Notes: generated by a model not told the origin, from the sequence alone. DNA of 64,000 nucleotides from Gammaproteobacteria bacterium (GCA_965243205.1 CBDEUK010000002.1:448001-512000); one strand, 5' to 3'. Positions 50,704-60,805 are shown, counted from the first letter of the stretch. A program made the numbers and translations.

Positions 50704-51648
50704 ATGCGTGAGCTTTTCCCTGAAATAGAAAAAAACTTTCATAATTATTTAGAGACTGATTCAAATAAAATTTACTATGAAGAATCAGGTAATCCTAATG
50801 GCATTCCAGTAATTTTTTTGCACGGCGGTCCTGGTTCAGGTTGTAATGATAATCATCGACGTTATTTTGATCCGAACCTTTATCGGATTATTTTAATGGA
50901 TCAACGTGGTTGTAACCGCTCTATTCCTAGTGGAAATATAATTAATAATACAGCTCAAGAAATTCTAAGTGATATAGATACTATACGACAAATACTGCAT
51001 ATCGATAAATGGTTGTTATTTGGTGGTTCTTGGGGAGCTACACTAGCATTACTTTATGCAGAAACTTATCCAAATAATGTACAAGGAATAATTCTTAGAG
51101 GTAGTTTTTTAGCAAGAAAACAAGATTTAAATTGGTTTATCGATGGAGTCACTCGATTATTCCCTGACTATTGGGATGACTTACTAAAAGAATATCCTAA
51201 TAGAGAAACTTTAATAGATGATATTGCTAACGATATTTTTTCTGATGACAAAACTAAACAAATTAAGGCGGCAAAAGCTTGGTCATTATGGGCTGGAAGA
51301 ATAGTTACATCTTCAATTACAGATGAATATATTTTAGAAATTGAAGATGAAAATAAACTTATCAATGATGTACAAATTGAAATGCATTTTGCGACAAATC
51401 GATATTTCATCAAAGAAAATCAGATATTAAATAATATTAACAATATTCCTGATATTCCAATTAGTATCATACATGGCAGAAGGGATTACACATGTCTTAT
51501 TGAATCCTCACATACGTTACATAAAGCATTACCAAATGCTGAATTTATTTTATTATCTGATGCTGGTCATTTAGGCGGTGAACCCGCTATGATAGACGCA
51601 CTAATTAGAGCAACAGATTTAATGGCTAATAAATTATCATTATCATGA
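50704..51648 (+). CDS. pip: Proline iminopeptidase
   Basis: HGGPG, DQRGC, FGGSWG, HGRRD, AGH. Confidence 0.92.
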   Translation: MRELFPEIEKNFHNYLETDSNKIYYEESGNPNGIPVIFLHGGPGSGCNDNHRRYFDPNLYRIILMDQRGCNRSIPSGNIINNTAQEILSDIDTIRQILHIDKWLLFGGSWGATLALLYAETYPNNVQGIILRGSFLARKQDLNWFIDGVTRLFPDYWDDLLKEYPNRETLIDDIANDIFSDDKTKQIKAAKAWSLWAGRIVTSSITDEYILEIEDENKLINDVQIEMHFATNRYFIKENQILNNINNIPDIPISIIHGRRDYTCLIESSHTLHKALPNAEFILLSDAGHLGGEPAMIDALIRATDLMANKLSLS

Positions 51649-52463
51649 CATCCTTTCCCAAAAAACCTTTAATAATGGGTATTCTGAATGTAACGCCTGA
51701 TAGCTTTTCCGATGGTGGCTTACATAATAAGTTTGCTCAAGCTGTTAATCATGTACGACAAATGATTGATGAAGGTGCTGATATTATTGATGTTGGTGGT
51801 GAATCAACTCGTCCTGGTTCTGAACGTATTAGCGTTGAAGAACAATTGACTCGTACCATTGATATCATTGCGGAATGCCGAAAACAAATTCCTGAAAATA
51901 TAGATATCAGTATTGATACCACTCGTAGCAAAGTTGCTGAAGAAGCATTAAACAAAGGCGCATCTATTATTAATGATGTTACTGCAGGAACAGACGATCC
52001 TGATATTTTATCATTAGCAGCTGACCGCAAAGTCCCTATTTGTTTAATGCATATGCAAGGACAACCTTCAAATATGCAAGTTAATCCAAGCTATGATGAT
52101 GTTGTAGAAGATATTCGTGCCTATTTATTAGAACGAGTAGAAGTTGCTATTAAAGCTGGTATAGATAAAGAACGTATTATTCTTGACCCAGGTATTGGCT
52201 TTGGAAAAACACGTGAGCATAATCTGACTCTCTTAAATCGCTTAGATCGTTTTACTGATACAGGCTTTAATGTACTACTTGGAACAAGTCGTAAACGTTT
52301 TATGGGTTCGCTTTGTAATGTTGAATCACCCAAAGAATTAGTTGCTGCAACTTGTGCAACAACCGTGTTAGGTATGGAACAAAACGTTAGGATTTTCCGA
52401 GTTCACGATGTAAAAGAAAATCGTCAAGCTGCAGATGTTGCATGGGCAGTATTAAATAGTTAA
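51645..52463 (+). CDS. folP: Dihydropteroate synthase
   Basis: GILNVTPDSFSDGG, GGESTRPG, DPGIGFGK, SRKRF, RVHDV. Confidence 0.96.
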   Translation: MTSFPKKPLIMGILNVTPDSFSDGGLHNKFAQAVNHVRQMIDEGADIIDVGGESTRPGSERISVEEQLTRTIDIIAECRKQIPENIDISIDTTRSKVAEEALNKGASIINDVTAGTDDPDILSLAADRKVPICLMHMQGQPSNMQVNPSYDDVVEDIRAYLLERVEVAIKAGIDKERIILDPGIGFGKTREHNLTLLNRLDRFTDTGFNVLLGTSRKRFMGSLCNVESPKELVAATCATTVLGMEQNVRIFRVHDVKENRQAADVAWAVLNS

Positions 52464-52467
52464 AGAA

Positions 52468-53400
52468 CTAAATATCATTTAAGATTTCTTCGCGTTTAGA
52501 TTTATATTCATCATCAGTAACTAAACCTTTATCACGTAATTTATCTAAATTCTCTAAACGTTGTTCAACACTAGAACCAGAAGAAGCACTTCCCCCCTCT
52601 TTCATCTCTTTTCGTATACGTGCCATCTCAATACGCATTTCCCTACGCTCTTTTGCCATTTTTGCTGCCTCAATTTCAAATTGTTTATCACGGGCAGTTT
52701 TTGGATTTTCTCTTTCTTCCTTTAATGCTAAATATGTCTCAGATGATTTTTTTACATCAATAATAAACCAATCATTCCGTGCACGTTTTTTTACAAGCTT
52801 GTTCTCAATTCCAACAACTTTAACTGTTTGTTTATCGAATTTTTGCTGAGAATTACGACTACCATGTAAAAAATAATATTTAACAATTCCGACCTCAGTG
52901 GGGTCATAGGCTTTTTCATAGCCTTCTTGTCTAGGTTTTTCATAATCACCAATAATAATATTCAATTTACCATCTTTATAAAAAGCTCTACCTGCTGTGT
53001 AATACACCGAAGTTTTTAAACCGAGCAATCGTTCTTTTCTCTTTTCTACAGCAAATAGAATATCTTGGTCAGGCTTAGCTTTAGCTAAACCTTTTGCTAA
53101 TTGTTGCCCTAAAATAGTAACCTGCTTTATTGAAAAGACTGGAGGTAAACTTTCATTCAATTCTAATTTATCTTGATCCCATATCTGTAATGATTCTAGA
53201 GCATAACGAATATCATCTTTTTTTAATTTAATAGGATGATCATTACTTCCGGTGATTGAAGAATCTTGCTCATCGTACTTTAAATAGGTATTTCTACCTT
53301 GATTCCAATAAACAGACTCATCTTCGAATATATCAAGGCTATAAGTATTTTGACTGAAAAAAAATATAACCGATAAAGTGACAAGAGTTGGATATTTCAT
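52468..53400 (-). CDS. Exported protein with a C-terminal SHOCT domain
   Basis: Signal peptide, coiled coil, RLENLDKLRDKGLVTDDEYKSKREEIL. Confidence 0.8.
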   Translation of the reverse strand: MKYPTLVTLSVIFFFSQNTYSLDIFEDESVYWNQGRNTYLKYDEQDSSITGSNDHPIKLKKDDIRYALESLQIWDQDKLELNESLPPVFSIKQVTILGQQLAKGLAKAKPDQDILFAVEKRKERLLGLKTSVYYTAGRAFYKDGKLNIIIGDYEKPRQEGYEKAYDPTEVGIVKYYFLHGSRNSQQKFDKQTVKVVGIENKLVKKRARNDWFIIDVKKSSETYLALKEERENPKTARDKQFEIEAAKMAKERREMRIEMARIRKEMKEGGSASSGSSVEQRLENLDKLRDKGLVTDDEYKSKREEILNDI

Positions 53401-53469
53401 AGAATTTAGAATTTATAAATTTAATAACATATTATGATTTGATTTTAGCCAAATAGTTTACACTAAATC

Positions 53470-53499
53470 AAAAAAAAAGACCTCCGAAGAGGTCTTTTT
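53470..53499 (-). terminator. Intrinsic terminator of the porin gene
   Basis: AAAAAGACCTC-TTCG-GAGGTC followed by a long T-run on the - strand (cUUCGg loop). Confidence 0.88.
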
Positions 53500-53523
53500 A
53501 AATTAAGAAGTTAATTTAGCTTC

Positions 53524-54717
53524 TTAGAAGAAGTATGTACCACCTAATGTGAAGGTATCTAACTCTTCAGCACCGCCGTATAAACCAGCTGCAGCACCAT
53601 CAACATCTAGATCTAACTGCTCATAAACACCATAAAGGATTAAAGAGCTACCGAAATATTGGTTAACTTCAAAACCAATACGCTCAACTTCAGAGCCTGT
53701 AATACCGTCAGCAGCAGTACCAAACTGGTCATTATAAGAACCGTATTGGATTGCTATTGAAGTATCACCAACACTGGTAAAGCCTTTCTTAATACCAGCT
53801 TTGATCCAGTATGCATCAGTATCATCACCAGCAACAGTACCTGCAGCAACGCCATCAGCTTCTTCAGTTTGATATGCGATTGAACCGAAAATACCAGTTA
53901 CTGAATCCATTAAACCAGCTTGGATTTGAAAAGTTTCAGCTTCTGTACCACCAGCGCCAGCAGCACCTTGGTTAATGCTGTAACCACCATGAACGTTAGC
54001 AGTCATACGACCAATGTTACCGCTGTATTTAACAGCAATATCATAAATATCATCGTTTGCGTAACCTACAGCAACACTAACAGGTCCAAAAGCAGGTAAA
54101 TCATAACGAATACCTTGACGATATACACCATTACAATCAATACCAATACCTAAACCAGGAGTACCAAGACATTGTAAGAATGAACCCCAAGTTGTTTTAG
54201 TTGCACCAGCACCTAAACCTTGGATTGTAGCGCCATTACCACGGAAAACTGGAGAAATAGAAGCCCAAAGTGTAAGTGAAGGATCAGCTAATACAGCAAT
54301 GTTATCAGTAGGCATTGTTTGTAAACCAACAGTCACTTTACCCCAAGAACCGCCGATGTTTAAGCTGTTGCCTAAAACACCAATAGCGTGGCCATTTTGG
54401 TTTTCACCAGCATCACCGATACCGCTTGAACCAAAGCCTAAAAGGTTACCTGTAGCACTAGGCTCTAAGATTATTTCGAAACCAGCAGTTAATCCAGCGC
54501 CAACTTCTGAAGAACCTGCAAATGTCATACGTGTACCTAAAGTAGTACCGTTATCAGATGTTTGGACTATATCACTGCCTACACCGTCGTCATACCAGGT
54601 CAAACCTTCGTTCACCCAACCAGAAATATTCACTTCTGCTTGCGCAGCTTGTGAAAGTGGTAACATTGCAGCTGTTGCTACTAATGCACCTTTAAGTACT
54701 TTATTAGATTTCATCAT
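53524..54717 (-). CDS. Major outer membrane porin
   Basis: Signal peptide, Gly-rich amphipathic strands, C-terminal TYFF, AGGAGG RBS, codon bias typical of high expression. Confidence 0.88.
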   Translation of the reverse strand: MMKSNKVLKGALVATAAMLPLSQAAQAEVNISGWVNEGLTWYDDGVGSDIVQTSDNGTTLGTRMTFAGSSEVGAGLTAGFEIILEPSATGNLLGFGSSGIGDAGENQNGHAIGVLGNSLNIGGSWGKVTVGLQTMPTDNIAVLADPSLTLWASISPVFRGNGATIQGLGAGATKTTWGSFLQCLGTPGLGIGIDCNGVYRQGIRYDLPAFGPVSVAVGYANDDIYDIAVKYSGNIGRMTANVHGGYSINQGAAGAGGTEAETFQIQAGLMDSVTGIFGSIAYQTEEADGVAAGTVAGDDTDAYWIKAGIKKGFTSVGDTSIAIQYGSYNDQFGTAADGITGSEVERIGFEVNQYFGSSLILYGVYEQLDLDVDGAAAGLYGGAEELDTFTLGGTYFF

Positions 54718-55259
54718 TATCCTCCTAAAGGAATATTTAGTACTCTAGAGAAATTCGGCCTCCCCAAGACTATCCCCCCAAACGGTAAGAAGTTTTTGAG
54801 ACCACTCATGAGCGTCTTATAATTCTAAAGACAAACGAAAAATAGCAAACTCAAACCAACTTATCAACATAATTTCTACTTTTTTACAACAAAAAAACAT
54901 AAAAATTTAAGTTTGTTGTAAAATAACAACGATTATTCATAATAATTAGCAAGTTTTATCAAAATATCAGTTACATATAGCACTTTTATAAGCGATATTC
55001 GATATTGGTAAATCAATAGTTCGAAGCACATTATTAGAAATATAATCTGTTAACCGTTGTATATTTGCTACAAAGTTAAGTGGTTTCATATAGCAAAATT
55101 TAATTTTATCTTACTGTCGATAATAAGTTATTGAATTTAAAGTTATTAAACTAAATATTCAGGAAAATATCATGGGAAATTATGGTAAATGAAACGGTCT
55201 ACAATGATAGACTGAATTAGATTAACTGTAATATTGCTAAATTTATCTAGGAACTAAAT

Positions 55260-56078
55260 ATGAAATTCATGATTTCAAAGATAACAAAAACTATTTTTTT
55301 TCTTCTATTAATTCAAACTGATTTTACTTATGCAGAAAATATAGAAGCAACTTTCTTATTCGTTGGTGATAAATCAAGTCAGGCATACTTTGGAGCTAAC
55401 CAAGGTCTAGTAGAGGCTAATCTACAAGGTGAATTCTTAGGTCAAAAATACACATTAACTAACACAACTATTGATAATATCGATTCAAACCTTGATAGTT
55501 CTGTTGCCGCAATATTAGTCAGTGACACTAAAGAAAATTTTCTTATAATTTCGAAGAACCACTCTAACCTACCCGTTTTCAACTTAAGTTTAGAAGATGA
55601 TGATTTAAGACAAGTTTGTTCAACTAATCAATTCCACACCATTCCTAGCCATCGCATGAAAGACGATGCTTTAAATCAATGGCAACAAAAAGAACCAGAC
55701 TCAAAGGCTATATCACAAACCTGGCATCCTAGTTTCAAGAAATTTGCAGCCCGCGATTTAAACAAGCGTTTTTTCAAAACCAATAACGAAAAAATGTTAG
55801 ATGAAGGTTGGGCTGGTTGGGCTGCAGTCAAAATGGTTTCCGATACAGTAGCGAGAGAAAATAAAGTTGACCAAAAAAGAATTATCGATTTTCTAAAAAA
55901 TGAATTAGATTTTGATGGTCAAAAAGGAATCAGCATGTCCTTTAGAGATAATGGGCAATTACGCCAACCTATACTCATTGTTGAAGGCGATAAAATTCAT
56001 GCCGAGGCACCGATTCGAGGTGTTGCAAATCCACCGACTTTAGATAGTCTAGGCAACACTGATTCTGTTTGTGAATAA
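55260..56078 (+). CDS. ABC substrate-binding protein of PQQ-dependent alcohol dehydrogenase systems (PedA1/LutA-like)
   Basis: GANQGLVEANLQGEFLGQKY, DDDLRQ.C, FHTIPS..M..DAL, WH....FAARDLNKRF, DGQKG..MSFR..GQLRQP. Confidence 0.75.
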   Translation: MKFMISKITKTIFFLLLIQTDFTYAENIEATFLFVGDKSSQAYFGANQGLVEANLQGEFLGQKYTLTNTTIDNIDSNLDSSVAAILVSDTKENFLIISKNHSNLPVFNLSLEDDDLRQVCSTNQFHTIPSHRMKDDALNQWQQKEPDSKAISQTWHPSFKKFAARDLNKRFFKTNNEKMLDEGWAGWAAVKMVSDTVARENKVDQKRIIDFLKNELDFDGQKGISMSFRDNGQLRQPILIVEGDKIHAEAPIRGVANPPTLDSLGNTDSVCE

Positions 56079-56110
56079 TATTTAAAATATTCTAGGAGTA
56101 AGCAAATAAA

Positions 56111-57166
56111 ATGAAATACATTCTACTATTGATAACATTATTAACTATAGGCTCTTGTGGAAATGACTCCGCAGAGCATTCTTCAGATACAGAAAAACAG
56201 GAATCAAACGTATCCGATGCTAATAATGTATCTGATTCTTCAAATACGAACGACAAAGCGGCTTCGAATGGCCCTACAGGTCGTATCTTTGTTACCAATG
56301 AAAAAGACGATACAGTAAGCGTGATCAATGGAAGTACTTTAGAAGTTGAAGCCACGATTGATGTTGGTGAACGCCCTCGAGGTATTGGTATCGCTCCCGA
56401 TGGTTCTGAGGTATATGTAGCAGTCAGTGAAGAAAATAAAATTGCTGTAATTGATCCTAATAGTCTAGAAGTCTTGCGAAAATTTGAATCAGGTTCTGAC
56501 CCTGAAACTTTTGCGGTTCATCCTAATGGAAATATTTATATCTCTAATGAAGATGATGCTAAGGCAACTGCATTCAATCCTAAAACAGGCGAACAAATTG
56601 CTGAGATTAAAGTCGGTTTAGAACCTGAAGGCGTAGCAATTTCACCCGACGGTAAATACGTTATAGTCACCAGTGAATCAACCAACATGTTACATGTGAT
56701 TGAAGTGCCTTCACATAAAATTGCTTCAAACATCTTAGTTGGCGCGCGTCCTCGTGCGGCGACTTTTAGTGCTGATAGTAAAACTGCCTACTCAACTTCT
56801 GAAATCAGTGGAGAGGTGAAGAAAGTCGATATGGAAACCTTTAAGGTTTTAGCTGTTGGACAACTTCCTGATGCTAAAGCAAAGCCAAAAGATGTTTTAT
56901 TAAGCGGTGATGAAAAAACTTTATATGTCGCTGGTGGTAGAGCAAATAGTGTTATTACTCTGGATGCTGAAACGATGGAAGTCACTGGCAGCATTCCTGT
57001 CGGCAAACGCGTTTGGGGTTTGGCTATGAATCAAGATAAAACACGTTTATACAGTACTGATGGTGTTAGTGGTACAGTCTCTGTGATTGATACTACTAAT
57101 AATACCAATATCAAAACTATTGAAGTTGGTAAATTCCCTTGGGGCATTGTGATAGACGATAAATAA
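56111..57166 (+). CDS. YVTN-type beta-propeller lipoprotein of PQQ-dependent catabolism (PedA2/LutB-like)
   Basis: Lipobox IGSC; FVTNEKDDTVSVI, VGERPRG, GSDPETF, VGLEPEG, VGKFPWG repeats. Confidence 0.82.
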   Translation: MKYILLLITLLTIGSCGNDSAEHSSDTEKQESNVSDANNVSDSSNTNDKAASNGPTGRIFVTNEKDDTVSVINGSTLEVEATIDVGERPRGIGIAPDGSEVYVAVSEENKIAVIDPNSLEVLRKFESGSDPETFAVHPNGNIYISNEDDAKATAFNPKTGEQIAEIKVGLEPEGVAISPDGKYVIVTSESTNMLHVIEVPSHKIASNILVGARPRAATFSADSKTAYSTSEISGEVKKVDMETFKVLAVGQLPDAKAKPKDVLLSGDEKTLYVAGGRANSVITLDAETMEVTGSIPVGKRVWGLAMNQDKTRLYSTDGVSGTVSVIDTTNNTNIKTIEVGKFPWGIVIDDK

Positions 57167-57187
57167 AATTATCTTTTAAGTAATAAT

Positions 57188-57215
57188 AAAAAAGCCGCTT
57201 TAACGCGGCTTTTTT
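57188..57215. terminator. Bidirectional intrinsic terminator
   Basis: AAAAAAGCCGC-TTTAAC-GCGGCTTTTTT. Confidence 0.85.
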
Positions 57216-57233
57216 ATTGGAATAGAAATTTAA

Positions 57234-58541
57234 TTATAAATCATAACCTCTTTCATTATGCATCGATATATCAAGTCCTGTTTGCTCATCGTCATTCGAA
57301 GCGCGTAGACCAACAATTAAATCCGTAATTTTTAAAATGATATAAGTAACAAATACAGTAAAAACCAGTACTGAAACTACACCAATAAGTTGAACTGATA
57401 ATTGACCAACAATCGAACTGATATTTTCACTTGCGTAACCCTGACCACTGAAAATTCCTAAACCAGTATTTGCAAACACTGCTGTCAGTAATGTACCTAA
57501 AACACCACCGACTCCATGAACTGGGAACACATCTAAAGAATCATCGATCACTAAAACGCGTTTGATAAACATTGTTGCATTAAAACAAACAATACCCGCT
57601 GCGAACCCTATAACCAAAGCACCCGCAGGTCCTACAAAACCTGAAGCAGGAGTAATCGTTCCAAGACCAGCCACCATGCCAGTCACAGCCCCTAAAGCAC
57701 TTGGTTTACCATATTTGATCCATTCAATTAACATCCAAGTAAAAGCGCCTGTCGCAGCTGAAATATGCGTCACTAACATGGCCATGCCTGCATCACCATT
57801 TGCAGCTAGTGCACTGCCGCCATTAAAACCAAACCAGCCAACCCATAACATGCCGGCGCCAGTGATACACATGGTCATATTATGTGGTGGCATTGGTTCT
57901 TTAGGAAATCCTTTACGTTTACCTAAAACAACTGCTGTTACTAAAGCTGCAGCGCCAGCTGTTAAGTGAACTACTAAACCGCCAGCAAAATCCATAACTC
58001 CCATTTCACCTAACCAGCCGCCGCCCCAAATCCAATGAGTTACTGGTGCATAAACGATAAGTAACCAAAGCGTTGAAAAAATTAATACCGCAGAAAATTT
58101 CATACGTTCTGCAAAACCACCAACAATCAATGCAGGAGTAATAACAGCAAAGGTCATTTGAAATAAAGCAAAAACACTTTCAGGGATAGAACCAGAAACA
58201 GTATCTTCAGCGATGCCACCTAAAAATAGATTGCCTAAGCCGCCGAAATAAGGACTGCCTTCAGAAAACGCAATGCTATAACCACAAACCATCCAAACAA
58301 TGGACATTAAGCAAGTAAGTGCAAAGCATTGCATCAACACACTTAATACATTTTTACTGCGTACTAAGCCTGCATAAAATAATGATAAGCCGGGGATTGT
58401 CATAAACAACACTAAAGCTGTTGAAGTCATGATCCAAGCTGTATCTGCTGGGTTTAATTCATCAGCCTGAACTGAAAAAGAAAAGCATAGGAATAAAATA
58501 GCTAAAATTGAGCGTGGTAGAACTCTTAAGATCATCGACAT
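57234..58541 (-). CDS. amtB: Ammonium transporter AmtB
   Basis: FQMTFA, DFAGGLVVH, WFGFNGGS, DDSLDVFPVHG; ATG 58541 follows GGGGGAGGG. Confidence 0.95.
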   Translation of the reverse strand: MSMILRVLPRSILAILFLCFSFSVQADELNPADTAWIMTSTALVLFMTIPGLSLFYAGLVRSKNVLSVLMQCFALTCLMSIVWMVCGYSIAFSEGSPYFGGLGNLFLGGIAEDTVSGSIPESVFALFQMTFAVITPALIVGGFAERMKFSAVLIFSTLWLLIVYAPVTHWIWGGGWLGEMGVMDFAGGLVVHLTAGAAALVTAVVLGKRKGFPKEPMPPHNMTMCITGAGMLWVGWFGFNGGSALAANGDAGMAMLVTHISAATGAFTWMLIEWIKYGKPSALGAVTGMVAGLGTITPASGFVGPAGALVIGFAAGIVCFNATMFIKRVLVIDDSLDVFPVHGVGGVLGTLLTAVFANTGLGIFSGQGYASENISSIVGQLSVQLIGVVSVLVFTVFVTYIILKITDLIVGLRASNDDEQTGLDISMHNERGYDL

Positions 58542-58611
58542 AACGACCCTCCCCCGTTTATCAATAGATGATATTGTTATTTTGAATAAAAACGCACTCT
58601 CAAGCATCATA

Positions 58612-58680
58612 AGATACTTAATGGTGCGATATTAAACCTTTTGAGGGATGAAAAAAACTAGAACGAACCAAAATAATGCG
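58612..58680. promoter_or_regulatory. Possible NtrC-like binding sites upstream of amtB
   Basis: CGAACCAAAATAATGCG (12/17 match to TGCACCAAAATGGTGCA) and a TGGTGCG half-site. Confidence 0.35.
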
Positions 58681-58682
58681 TT

Positions 58683-59333
58683 TTACGCACCAAGTATGTT
58701 ATGTCGAATCGCCATTCTTACTAATTCAGCGACTGTATTGACCTCTAATTTGTTTTTAATCTGAGTACTATAATTTGCGACAGTCTTGTAACTGATAGAA
58801 AGTTGTTTAGCAATCTCACTGGTATTTAGGCCTTTTGCCAATAAACAAAAAATCTCAAACTCTCGCGTTGATAAATTACTGAACGGCGTATCGTCCCCTC
58901 GCACTTTATCAATTGCTAATCTCTCAGCAATTTTGCTATCAATATGAGTAGAACCTTTAAATACGTCTCGTATTCCTTCAATTAATTGCGATGGTGGACT
59001 TGATTTAGGTATATATCCTCTCGCGCCGGCTTGTAGGGCCTGCTCTACAAAAATAGTATCTTCATGCATACTAAAGACTAAAATTTTTGCCTTACCATCT
59101 CTGGCTTTAATTCTTCTAATAGCTTCTAAGCCACCAATTCCAGGCAGAGACAAATCCATTACTACCACATCAGGAATATCATCGATATAAGACTTAATCG
59201 CCTGTTCACCGCTTTCTGCATGTCCTAGAACTTCTATATCATCAGAGTTTTTAAGTAACATTTCATAACCAGCTCTAACAACCGCATGGTCATCTACAAG
59301 TAATACTCGAATTTTTCTACTGAGTGCATTCAT
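58683..59333 (-). CDS. NarL/LuxR-family response regulator (MoxX/MxcE/PedR2-like)
   Basis: VDDH, MDL and GYIPK receiver; LSTREFEI...ISYKTV HTH. Confidence 0.92.
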   Translation of the reverse strand: MNALSRKIRVLLVDDHAVVRAGYEMLLKNSDDIEVLGHAESGEQAIKSYIDDIPDVVVMDLSLPGIGGLEAIRRIKARDGKAKILVFSMHEDTIFVEQALQAGARGYIPKSSPPSQLIEGIRDVFKGSTHIDSKIAERLAIDKVRGDDTPFSNLSTREFEIFCLLAKGLNTSEIAKQLSISYKTVANYSTQIKNKLEVNTVAELVRMAIRHNILGA

Positions 59334-59341
59334 ATTTATAA

Positions 59342-60655
59342 TTATATTATTGGGATGGATACCTTGATAAGTACGCCATCATTTTTAAAACTGCTTATTT
59401 TAAAACTACCTGATAGGGCTTCTACTCGCTCTCTCATACCTAATAAACCTAAACCTTTTTGGGTTGTCGCTTTATCAAAGCCTTCACCGTTGTCTTGAAT
59501 CACTAATAGAATGGTCGAGTTTTGGTTTTCTAAATCAATTTTCACACTGTCCGCATTCGAATGTTTTGCAACATTGGTTAGGCTCTCTTGGACTATTCGA
59601 TATAAGGTAATATTAATAGATTCGTTTAAGTTATCTAACTTACCTGAAAAATTAAACTGACAAAACACATCTTCATGATAAATGTTCCAATCATCGACCA
59701 TTTCTTGTAATGCAGGAACAATTCCTAATTCATCGAGAATAGACGGCCGTAATCGTTGCATCATATTTTTAGCAACATCGTACATACGATTGGAAACATC
59801 AATAATCGCTTCAACACTATCATTGATCTGTTTTTCCGTTTGCTGTGTACTATTAATAGATGCTGCAACTGCTTTTACGGCGGTAATGGATTGCCCTAAT
59901 TCATCATGAAGTGCTAATGCTAGATCTTGTCGCTCTTGTTCTTGGATTTCTAAAGAGCGTTGAGTCAAGGCCCTATTCTCTTCCCGACTTTTCTCCATTA
60001 CACCAGCCATGTGATTAAATTTTCCGGAAATCTTGGATAACTCTGGCAAATTAAATTCAGGAAGTCGTAATTGATAATCTCCTTGCTCAATTCCATCCAA
60101 ACCTTGCAGAATTTTATCGATCGGCTTCAAGCCTCGGCCTAATGTGTAATAAACCAGACCTATCGCAAATAACACAAACATCATCAAAATTAACAAAACA
60201 CCCTTGGTTTCATGCCAAGCCTCAGTGATTTCATCCGCAGGGTTAGCTTTGATAATGACTTCAATGGGTAAATCGTTAGATGGAAAATTCCGTCTAAACT
60301 CAATAGGACTAGGCTTTACCTGTTTTAAAAACCACTCTGGCACCTCAGGAGGGATATTATGTTCTGGTAAAAAAGGCGCATGCCTGGAATTACTATGACG
60401 TATCAGGTCAATTGTTAAATGACGACTACTCTCCATATTTGAAATTTTTTCCAATAATTCAACTTTTTTCTGAGTAGATTGGTTTTCAACGCTACTAAAG
60501 GCAATTTCAAGCAGTTGAATTGTCAGTTTAGCGCTTGAATGAATTTCATCCTCAATCGCTTTTCGAGCGTTTTCGATTACAACATAGCCAGTTGCAGCTA
60601 AAATAATCAAAAATAATAAGGTCATTAATAAGCTGAGACGTAACCTAAGACTCAT
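59342..60655 (-). CDS. HisKA_3 sensor histidine kinase with MoxY-type periplasmic domain and HAMP
   Basis: MSLRLRL N-terminus, PEWF, ANPADEITEAW, HAMP, LHDELGQ, QESLTNVAKH, DNGEGF, GLGLLGMRER. Confidence 0.88.
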   Translation of the reverse strand: MSLRLRLSLLMTLLFLIILAATGYVVIENARKAIEDEIHSSAKLTIQLLEIAFSSVENQSTQKKVELLEKISNMESSRHLTIDLIRHSNSRHAPFLPEHNIPPEVPEWFLKQVKPSPIEFRRNFPSNDLPIEVIIKANPADEITEAWHETKGVLLILMMFVLFAIGLVYYTLGRGLKPIDKILQGLDGIEQGDYQLRLPEFNLPELSKISGKFNHMAGVMEKSREENRALTQRSLEIQEQERQDLALALHDELGQSITAVKAVAASINSTQQTEKQINDSVEAIIDVSNRMYDVAKNMMQRLRPSILDELGIVPALQEMVDDWNIYHEDVFCQFNFSGKLDNLNESINITLYRIVQESLTNVAKHSNADSVKIDLENQNSTILLVIQDNGEGFDKATTQKGLGLLGMRERVEALSGSFKISSFKNDGVLIKVSIPII

Positions 60656-60786
60656 TTTTGTTCCTTTTTAGAGTAATTTAAGAAAACAGTATAAGTAATT
60701 AAAATCACAAAAATAATAAATATTAAAATAGATATTTATCCACAAAAAAGAATATTCAACATCTATTCAGATCATGGTTATAATAT

Positions 60787-60805
60787 GAGAACAATAATCA
60801 TTATC
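60787..60805. promoter_or_regulatory. Fur box
   Basis: GAGAACAATAATCATTATC matches GATAATGATAATCATTATC at 16/19, upstream of the TonB operon. Confidence 0.7.

Noticed and set aside
54299-57969. Antisense ORFs within the porin, propeller and amtB genes (and similar short ORFs in parC, parE and orf20)
   Set aside because: Stop-poor reverse frames produced by codon bias of the real genes; no independent evidence.
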